A stretch of DNA of 64,000 bases, taken from contig OZ025795.1 of NCBI GenBank assembly GCA_964019425.1, forward strand, positions 1,364,001 to 1,428,000, read 5' to 3'. Below are positions 11,174-18,811 of this stretch, piece by piece. The translations under genes were made by a program, and so were the position numbers. The stretch's first letter is position 1. Each line of letters opens with the position of its first letter. Below the pieces are notes generated by a model that saw nothing but the letters and a program-made list of their open reading frames with translations, made no database searches and was not told where the DNA came from. This DNA is from Flectonema sp. DT1601 (taxonomy: Eukaryota).

Positions 11174-12538
11174 ATGTCCGGAACACAAGAATCGATGGTC
11201 GTGCAGCAACAAGAGCAAGCACAGCAATCAATGATGCAACAGCAGCAAGCACAGCAATTAATGGCACAGCAACAGCAGGCACAACACTTAATGATGCAAC
11301 AACAGCAGCCGCAACAGCCAACACAAAGCCAGCCGGTACAACAACAAGCGCAGAACAATTCCAACAATTGCTTTTTACATGGCAACTGGACGCTTGAGAC
11401 TTTAAGTCAGTCGCAAACTCACCTTCCCAACAATGTCCCACCAATCTCCCCCTTTTCGTTTATGAGCTCACCAATGATAGCGTTTAAACAGTATCTCAGA
11501 ATAACAAATCTGTATTTTAAAACAATAAACATTTTAAGTTTAAAAGAAATGCACTTCACAGTTTCAAAAGACAATGTTGTAAACGTTTTTTCTTGTTTAT
11601 TGGAAATCAAAAAAGAATGTGCAGCTGATTTCTTAGAAATATCCGGCCAACACGGCATTTTCTTTTCCGAACACAAAAGCACTCAACACCTCTCCTCCTA
11701 CTACACAATTGTGTGGACCCCTGACACACCTTACACCCAGCTTAAAAAGATAGCAATCGATCTCAATAAAGACCCAAAAAACAAAGGAGCCCTCGGGCTC
11801 ACAATGTACCAAGGAAGAAGCCTTGGGATACGAATTAAAAAAGAATCAGAAACAAACTTTCGTTCAAATTTTGGAGTAAAATGTCCGACTTATTTCGAGA
11901 TAAGCGGCATAAGCAAAGAGAACGCAACGTCATTTGACGTTGAATTTTTTTTTGATTTAATGAAAAAAAAAATTAAATACTGTTATAAAAAAAAAAGGGA
12001 AGAGTCACATGTTGTGAGCTCGTACGAGAATCTGCAGTCTTGCGGATCAGTAATCGTTAAAAAAATAACTCAACCCTCAAAAGATGAAAGAAGAATTGAA
12101 AAGAACTCAATAGAAACGAAAACAGACCAAACTGAAAAAAAAGATATTAACGAAAAAGGAAAAGGAAAAGGAAAAGGGAAAGGGAAAAAAGGAAAGAAAG
12201 GAACTAAGGGAGAGAGCGGTAAAGGAAAAAAAACTGTTTTGTCATCACCGTCAACCTCAGTAACCCCGTCAATAGAACAAACGGACATTTTAAACCAGCT
12301 AAAATTATTGTTAGATGCACAAACAAAGCATCTAACAACAAAGATCATTGGCACTTTTCTAGCCGATGATCCGAAAAAGCAAGCAGAAGCTTGGGATGCG
12401 GAAATAAACCCGCAAGAAAAAGAAGGTTTTCTACAAGGATCGATGGACGATGACATCGATCTTGTGAAACAGAAGCTGGACAAAGAAAACGATGGTGATG
12501 ACAACACAAAAAGAAAAAAAGAAGAACCTCCGAATTGA
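11174..12538 (+). CDS. Retrotransposon 1 ORF1 protein
   Basis: 454 aa directly upstream of the pol ORF; Q-rich N-terminal repeats, KGKGKG tract, and a YTIVW...GLT...LGIRI block resembling ORF1 of element 2. Confidence 0.8.
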   Translation: MSGTQESMVVQQQEQAQQSMMQQQQAQQLMAQQQQAQHLMMQQQQPQQPTQSQPVQQQAQNNSNNCFLHGNWTLETLSQSQTHLPNNVPPISPFSFMSSPMIAFKQYLRITNLYFKTINILSLKEMHFTVSKDNVVNVFSCLLEIKKECAADFLEISGQHGIFFSEHKSTQHLSSYYTIVWTPDTPYTQLKKIAIDLNKDPKNKGALGLTMYQGRSLGIRIKKESETNFRSNFGVKCPTYFEISGISKENATSFDVEFFFDLMKKKIKYCYKKKREESHVVSSYENLQSCGSVIVKKITQPSKDERRIEKNSIETKTDQTEKKDINEKGKGKGKGKGKKGKKGTKGESGKGKKTVLSSPSTSVTPSIEQTDILNQLKLLLDAQTKHLTTKIIGTFLADDPKKQAEAWDAEINPQEKEGFLQGSMDDDIDLVKQKLDKENDGDDNTKRKKEEPPN

Positions 12539-12616
12539 CTGTTTCCTTATAATTTATATCTTTTTTATTTCTCGAACCTTCTTTTGTGTGGAGACATCCA
12601 CCCGAACCCCGGTCCA
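12539..12616 (+). other. 2A-like (StopGo) peptide cassette immediately after the in-frame UGA
   Basis: Translates LFPYNLYLFYFSNLLLCGDIHPNPGP in the common ORF1/ORF2 frame; matches D(V/I)ExNPGP except for E to H. Confidence 0.78.
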
Positions 12617-15600
12617 CAAAAAAAGCAAAAAAACAGTGAGCTGAGAATTGTATCTTTTAATGTTTGTGGTCTCAAGTCGAAATCCGACGAAATAACTTTT
12701 TTTTTACAAAATATAAAACCTGACCTATTCATGGTTCAGGAAACATTGTTAAAGGATAACGACGAAACCATTAATTTTAATGGGTACAAGTGTCTCAGAA
12801 GAGACCGGAGAATTCCGGTAAAAAAAAACGCACCCGTCAGAGGTGGTGGATTGGCAATTTTTTACAAAAACAGCCTAAGCGTGACAGCATTCGCTGTTGC
12901 ACAACACAGCCAAGACTGCACTGAAGTCCAGGGCATTTTTGTGTCAAATTCAAAACAAACTGTAAGGGTATACAACGTGTACAGACCACCGGTAAGCCAA
13001 TCAACCTCTGATAGGTCCCCCTCTTTTGATATGAATAGTATTTTTCTTTTTAATAAAAATGATAAAGTAGTTATCGCGGGGGATCTTAACGCAAGGCATC
13101 CACTCTGGGACCCGAGAGACGAGTCAAACACAAATGGCCATGAAGTCTCGACTTTTCTAAACAATAACCAGTTTGAATGCTGCAACGTTAAGGAAATCCC
13201 CACAAGACCAAAATCAAACACTTCTCCTGATGTTGTTCTCCAAAAAAACTGTGATATTGGCAACTGGACGACGCTCGAATCTCTATCAAGCGATCATGTA
13301 CCAATGTATTTTTCTCTTTCTTTTTTTTCGGATTCGATAAACAGAGCGAACGGTGCAACGGTTTTTTCTTATAATTGGAACAGGGCACTGTGGCCAAACT
13401 ACAGCTCCCACCTCGAAAGGGTGGCGAAGCGACTTGAAAAGATTCAAGATAACCAGAAATTATCAATGGAATTCATAAAAGAATTAAAAAATGCGTTACG
13501 GATCTTTGTACCAAGGATTTATTTGAAAGGAAAGTCACCAAAGAAGTGGTGGAACACGACGGTTGCATCTAAGTTTCATGAGTTCAACGAGTCACATTGT
13601 GACCAACGGGATGATCTTACAGATCTGTCGCAACAGGGAAAGTCAATTTTTACATCTTTAAAAAAAGAACTCAAAAAAACAGTCGTTGATGCCAAGAATC
13701 AACAGTTTAAAAAAAGCCTTAAAAAAGACAAGTCTATTATTGAAGCTTTTGAAGACATAAGAGGCCTTGATGGAAGATCAAGACTTAAAGAAATTCGAGA
13801 AATCACCTGTGGTGATAAACTTGTTACAGATGATGTGGAAAAAGCATCAATTTTCAATAATCAATTTTTACAACGTGTTGGTAACATCAAAGAAAAAACA
13901 AAGACAAAGAAAATAGAAACAGACCCTTCTGATTTTACACCATTTACACAACATGAACTTAGAATCCAATTGAGAGGAATGGCTCTGGAAAAGAATTCAC
14001 CAGATGGCGTTCAAGGTATTCTTCTTAACCATTTGGGACCTAGAATGCTAAACATTTTACTTAAGATTTTTAACAATTCGTGGAAACATTCTGTTGTCCC
14101 GAGTGATTGGAAAGACACACACTGGATCCCTGTTTTAAAAAAAGGAAAACCCCCAAACCTCCCCTCTTCATATAGAATGATCTCTCTCACCCCTTTTATT
14201 GCGAAATTGATGGAAAGAATGGTGAAGGAACGTCTTACGTATTTTATGCAATCACCGAATGAAAAGAAAACTGACGGTATTGGTTTCAACCAAACTTCTT
14301 ATCGGAAAACGCGTTCTTGCCGGGAAAACATCCTATATGTTACGGACAGACTTAGATTTCTTAAACACCAAAAAAAGTCAGCGGCCCTTGTTCTTCTTGA
14401 TATCGAAAAAGCTTTTGATAGTGTGAACCATGATCTTCTCCTTCAAAGGATGGTAGATCTTGGAATACCAAAACATTTTATAGCCTGGATTCAGGCCTTT
14501 CTTAAAAAACGAAGAGCAGCGGTTGTTGTTAATAATGAAAAAGGTTCTTACCACAATGTTTATTCTGGCGTTCCACAAGGAACAGTTTTGTCGGCTCTAC
14601 TTTTTACTCTGTATATTGAAAAAGTCGCAGAAAGACTAGATATTACGGTTGCTAAGTATGCGGATGATATTGCTTTTGTAGTTGATGATGAAGGGAAAGG
14701 TTTTACTTATCATTTGGCAAAAACGAAATATTTCTTTAATGAGATTGAAAAGGATCTAAACGAATTAAAATTAAAAGTAAGTTATGAGCCTGACAAAACA
14801 AAACTTGTGTATTATCCCTACTCCCCAAATTCCCCACTACAAACACCTTTCACTTTTACTTCAAATTTAACAAAAAATATTGTTCCATGTGTTGATAGCG
14901 CCAAGCTTCTTGGGGTGATCCTTGATAACAAGCTCGATTGGAAACAGCATATCTCGTATATTTGTAGAAGAGTTAATCTTCGCTTAAGGTATCTGAAGCT
15001 TGTCGCATCAAAAGCATGGGGACAGTGTACTGCAACTTTGCGTGAGGTGTATGATTTGTATATTCGACCTGTCATAACAAACTCGTGTGAAGCTTTTTAT
15101 CCTGAAGTTAGGTATAAAAAGATTCACATGGACAGGCTTCTCTCTTTACACCTTAGGGGTGCGTGCTATGTCTTAGGTGCCTTACCACCAACAAGGGAAA
15201 CAAGAGATAAGATCTTTTTTGAGGCACAACAACAAAGTATCAACACCCATTTGAGACTTGAAACTGGTAGATGGTTCGCCAAAATGGCGCGAATCACGTC
15301 CCCTTTATTAAATGTCTTTATTCCACCTGAAAGAATATCCTCAACACCCATTGATTCTTTTACTCGTTTAGGAATGAATGTTCTGAAAGAACACAACCTT
15401 CTATCACTCAGTTTTGAGAAATATCCCATTTACGTTCATCCTCCATGGAGTTTTTCAAATGATTTCAATGTTTTTAAACCAGAAATGCATGTTAGAAAAA
15501 AAAAAGACAAAAAGAAAAATAAAAAAGCCTGTGAAGCTGTTCTTAATGAAATAAGGAAAGATTATGAACCAGTCTTAGAGGTATATACCGATGGTGCCGT

Positions 15601-16483
15601 TGTTGAAGAACGCGGTGCTGCGGGTGTGTACATCATAGACAGCGAAGGAAATGAATTTCTCACAAACAAAAGTGAAGCAGGAATAATCTGCACCTCTTTT
15701 AGGGCTGAAATGATGGCGATCAAAAACGCTTTTGTTTTACTTTTTAAGGAATTTAAACCGCCGGAAAATGCGTCAGTTTTATTTGTGTCAGACTCCTCCA
15801 GTGCCTTGATGGAACTGGAAAAAGGGGGAACAAAACAGAAAACGAGACTAGGAAGCCGCATCTGGCAGTTTATTGAATTTTTCAACAATAAATTCAAAAC
15901 AAAGTTTATTTTCCAGCATGTCTTTTCTCACTGTGGTATTGTCGGAAACGAAGAAGCAGACAAACTAGCCCAAAACATTTCATTAAAAAAAGATGAAGAA
16001 ACCCTTTTAAAACAAAAAAAAGTTCCCATAGACTACAGCACCCATGTAGCTAAACTAAAACACAGAATAAAAGAAAAATTTGACCCCCGTCCTTTCCCAT
16101 CTGAAACTGAAAGAGCGGAAGAAATTCTGATTTCACAACTCAGAATTGGCGACTGTAAACAAACACAAGGGAAATGTCCTAGGTGCAGAGAAAAAGACTC
16201 TGTAGAGCACCTGTTAGCAAAATGCTCAAAGTACAGAAAAGAGAGGAGGATGTATCTCCAGAAAGACTCTCTAACACAAGAAGAGTTAAAGGATTGTCTT
16301 TCCACTGTACAAGGACTAGAGAATGTTTTTCTTTTTATGTCATCTGCAAGAAGATATGTTTTTCCAGAAAAAGAAAAGAAAAAAGAAAATTTGAGTCAGG
16401 AAACAAAGAAAGAAAATGAAGAAAACGTTATCCTTCAACCCACACTTTTCAATACTGTGATTCAAAACTCACAACTGACTTGA
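12539..16483 (+). CDS. Retrotransposon 1 ORF2: AP endonuclease, reverse transcriptase, RNase H, CCHC zinc finger (no AUG start)
   Basis: APE motifs SFNV, VQET, GDLNA, SDH; RT motifs YRMISL, LDIEKAFDSV, GVPQG, YADD; RNase H motifs YTDGA, SDS, HCGIVGNEEAD; CPRC...HLLAKC. Frame is open from 12539. Confidence 0.95.
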   Translation: MFPYNLYLFYFSNLLLCGDIHPNPGPQKKQKNSELRIVSFNVCGLKSKSDEITFFLQNIKPDLFMVQETLLKDNDETINFNGYKCLRRDRRIPVKKNAPVRGGGLAIFYKNSLSVTAFAVAQHSQDCTEVQGIFVSNSKQTVRVYNVYRPPVSQSTSDRSPSFDMNSIFLFNKNDKVVIAGDLNARHPLWDPRDESNTNGHEVSTFLNNNQFECCNVKEIPTRPKSNTSPDVVLQKNCDIGNWTTLESLSSDHVPMYFSLSFFSDSINRANGATVFSYNWNRALWPNYSSHLERVAKRLEKIQDNQKLSMEFIKELKNALRIFVPRIYLKGKSPKKWWNTTVASKFHEFNESHCDQRDDLTDLSQQGKSIFTSLKKELKKTVVDAKNQQFKKSLKKDKSIIEAFEDIRGLDGRSRLKEIREITCGDKLVTDDVEKASIFNNQFLQRVGNIKEKTKTKKIETDPSDFTPFTQHELRIQLRGMALEKNSPDGVQGILLNHLGPRMLNILLKIFNNSWKHSVVPSDWKDTHWIPVLKKGKPPNLPSSYRMISLTPFIAKLMERMVKERLTYFMQSPNEKKTDGIGFNQTSYRKTRSCRENILYVTDRLRFLKHQKKSAALVLLDIEKAFDSVNHDLLLQRMVDLGIPKHFIAWIQAFLKKRRAAVVVNNEKGSYHNVYSGVPQGTVLSALLFTLYIEKVAERLDITVAKYADDIAFVVDDEGKGFTYHLAKTKYFFNEIEKDLNELKLKVSYEPDKTKLVYYPYSPNSPLQTPFTFTSNLTKNIVPCVDSAKLLGVILDNKLDWKQHISYICRRVNLRLRYLKLVASKAWGQCTATLREVYDLYIRPVITNSCEAFYPEVRYKKIHMDRLLSLHLRGACYVLGALPPTRETRDKIFFEAQQQSINTHLRLETGRWFAKMARITSPLLNVFIPPERISSTPIDSFTRLGMNVLKEHNLLSLSFEKYPIYVHPPWSFSNDFNVFKPEMHVRKKKDKKKNKKACEAVLNEIRKDYEPVLEVYTDGAVVEERGAAGVYIIDSEGNEFLTNKSEAGIICTSFRAEMMAIKNAFVLLFKEFKPPENASVLFVSDSSSALMELEKGGTKQKTRLGSRIWQFIEFFNNKFKTKFIFQHVFSHCGIVGNEEADKLAQNISLKKDEETLLKQKKVPIDYSTHVAKLKHRIKEKFDPRPFPSETERAEEILISQLRIGDCKQTQGKCPRCREKDSVEHLLAKCSKYRKERRMYLQKDSLTQEELKDCLSTVQGLENVFLFMSSARRYVFPEKEKKKENLSQETKKENEENVILQPTLFNTVIQNSQLT

Positions 16484-17086
16484 TTTCTCAAGCTTCCAAA
16501 TTAACCAAAGTAGCACCTACACCATGGGGATGGTCTGATTGTTGATTGACTGATGGGCCGATATAGATTGGACACAGATCGAGAGTTTTTGAGAGATCTT
16601 AGATGAAAGTCCGCACCTTTCAGGCCATCCCCAAAAAGCACATAGCAGCTACAGCTATGTCAATTCAAATTGCGACGAGCTGCAACTTCGACATGAAGTT
16701 TTTCGTTATTGTTCTTACCTTCTCCACATATTTACATATGTGATAAGTATAAGTCATATCTTACGATTGACAATTCCTCCCCATAAATAAATTTCTTTTT
16801 ATTATTTTATTTTACACCTGCCTTACTAACTTGGGGAGAAAGAAAGGATGAACAATGGGCCTCTTATGAGGTGGGCAATTGCCCTGGACCCACATTAAAT
16901 GTACGCGTGTTTTGCGTCAGCCCGTTGCTGTAGAAAAAGAAGAGACAGTTTCAGGTAGTAATGAAAAAAAAAAAAAAAAAAAAAAAAAGAAAGGAGAAAA
17001 AATATTTACTTCTTCTCCTGGTCAACTCAAGAAAGATTTTTCTTTCTCTTTCTTTGCCTTCAATGATGTTAAAAAAAAAAATTAAA

Positions 17087-18811
17087 ATGGCTGGTAAGAA
17101 AGCAATGCGTCCGCAAGATAGAAGGGCTGCGGAAAGGAGAGAAAGAGAAAGGAAAGAGGCGAAGAAAATGAGGGAACAAGCCAAGAATGAAATCCGGGAA
17201 GAAGAAGAGAGGACACAAAAACAGCAAGAAGGAGACGAAGACGTGGTGATGGGAGGATCACCAGAAGTATCAGAGGGAGAAGCGATGGAAGTGGAAGCAC
17301 CACAAACAAAAGAAGCAAGCCAAACGGCTGGTCCGAAACCGGAAACAAATCCTCCAACTCTGAAGCCAGAGCATTTCGGATGTAAACCATCAAAAATTAT
17401 AAAGATGGAAGACGGAATCAACAGCTCAACAGACGGCTTATCATTAGTACTGTCCCAACAAGCCTCTAAACTTGGAGAGGAATTCTACAAGACAGCTACG
17501 AAAACGAAGAGACTAACCCTGGTCTTCACCAAACCGCCAACGGAGTTAGCATTAAAATACGCGACAGCATCCCAACAGATTCAAACACCTGTCCAGATGG
17601 CAGTGGGACTAAGAATAAGATCATGGTGGTTTGTGACTTTTACCGGAGCAACCTACACCCCAACACTAATAGTGGCAACAAACATAAAGCCACCGATCAC
17701 TCACGAACTCATCGCGTGGGCTACAGCAAAGGAGTTAGGAGGAGATGCTATCAGAAACCCAGCATCGCTTACTGCAAAAATCAAGGCAGTGGTGGGTGAT
17801 CAGGGACGGGTCGACACAAGGACATTCCGGATAGTTGGAAAGGGGGATTTTAGTGAAGTCACAGTCCTACCAAACGATGAAAAGGCAGCAATCGCACTGA
17901 TGCACAACTCAGGGAGTAACAAAGTTTACTTCAGGATAAAATCGATAGAGGGCCTGACCAAGCATGTCTATGAAACAGTATGGCTTGACAGGAAAACTTC
18001 GAATGAGGAAGCCATGGGAGTCCTGAAGGCACAACAAGACATGTGCATGGGGCTGACTACCAACTATGGGAAGATAGGGATAAGGGTGAGTGCCTCTGCA
18101 AACGTAGAGAAAGTACGGAAGGGTGCCGGGAAATTCGCTGCGCAAGTCTACGGTGCTGGACTGTACCGTATCAGTGGTGCACAGTACAGGTGGTCGAACC
18201 GGCTCCAGGGAATGCTCTTGGAAGCGGGATTAAATTCTAAATTTATTCGCATGGAGAAAGGCGACTTCTTGGTCGCCCTCGATAAAAGTCCGAAAAGCCA
18301 GTTCTTACAATGTGGTGAGACCCTGATGTCTATTGAGAAAATGGAGCTGCCAGAAGACCAAAAACAACCAAAACCAGCCGTACAAAAGTATCGAGATGCG
18401 AAAATATCTTATGCGGAAGCAACTAAAAAGACACTGCAAGGAAACAAGCAGCCCCAACAACAAGAAAATAAACTGCCCCCATCGCAGGGAAAAACGCAAG
18501 AACTGAAGAAAGTAGAAGATGGTCTCAAGACTATGAAGGAAAGAACTGACGAGACGCTAGCAAAATTACAAACTGAGGTAGCTGACTTGCAAACTAGATT
18601 GGATGAAACGATGTCAAAAATGACGCAGATAATTGAAGGACTGACCAATGCGACAAAGAAAAATGAAGAAATGATTGTTAAAAATTATCAACAAATGTTG
18701 AATGCAATATCTCAAATTGCAACCGCCGTCAACAAGATAGAAGCCAAGGTAGGGCTAAGCGGAACTACCCACCAAGTAACAGCAAACCAAAACCACTGTC
18801 AAAATGATTGA
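17087..18811 (+). CDS. Retrotransposon 2 ORF1 protein
   Basis: Likely start MAGKK at 17087 (the upstream extension of the ORF call runs through the poly-A); charged N-terminus, YETVW...GLT...IGIRV block, C-terminal heptad-like coiled coil. Confidence 0.8.
   Translation: MAGKKAMRPQDRRAAERRERERKEAKKMREQAKNEIREEEERTQKQQEGDEDVVMGGSPEVSEGEAMEVEAPQTKEASQTAGPKPETNPPTLKPEHFGCKPSKIIKMEDGINSSTDGLSLVLSQQASKLGEEFYKTATKTKRLTLVFTKPPTELALKYATASQQIQTPVQMAVGLRIRSWWFVTFTGATYTPTLIVATNIKPPITHELIAWATAKELGGDAIRNPASLTAKIKAVVGDQGRVDTRTFRIVGKGDFSEVTVLPNDEKAAIALMHNSGSNKVYFRIKSIEGLTKHVYETVWLDRKTSNEEAMGVLKAQQDMCMGLTTNYGKIGIRVSASANVEKVRKGAGKFAAQVYGAGLYRISGAQYRWSNRLQGMLLEAGLNSKFIRMEKGDFLVALDKSPKSQFLQCGETLMSIEKMELPEDQKQPKPAVQKYRDAKISYAEATKKTLQGNKQPQQQENKLPPSQGKTQELKKVEDGLKTMKERTDETLAKLQTEVADLQTRLDETMSKMTQIIEGLTNATKKNEEMIVKNYQQMLNAISQIATAVNKIEAKVGLSGTTHQVTANQNHCQND

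Larger units (their letters stand above)
11098..16988 (+). mobile_element. Non-LTR retrotransposon 1 (RNase H-containing, I-group/Ingi-like), apparently full length; boundaries approximate
   Basis: ORF1 followed by APE-RT-RNase H-CCHC ORF2, structured 3' UTR and an A25 run at 16964-16988; no target-site duplication identified. Confidence 0.88.

Noticed and set aside
12536..12538. UGA reassigned genome-wide to Trp, making ORF1-ORF2 a single ORF
   Set aside because: UGA terminates other ORFs here (16483, 18811, 31087, 58676), Trp is encoded by TGG, and long host ORFs contain no internal UGA.
16961..17086. N-terminal poly-Lys extension of the 616-aa ORF call
   Set aside because: It is a translation of the A25 tail and pyrimidine tract; ATG 17087 is the more plausible start.
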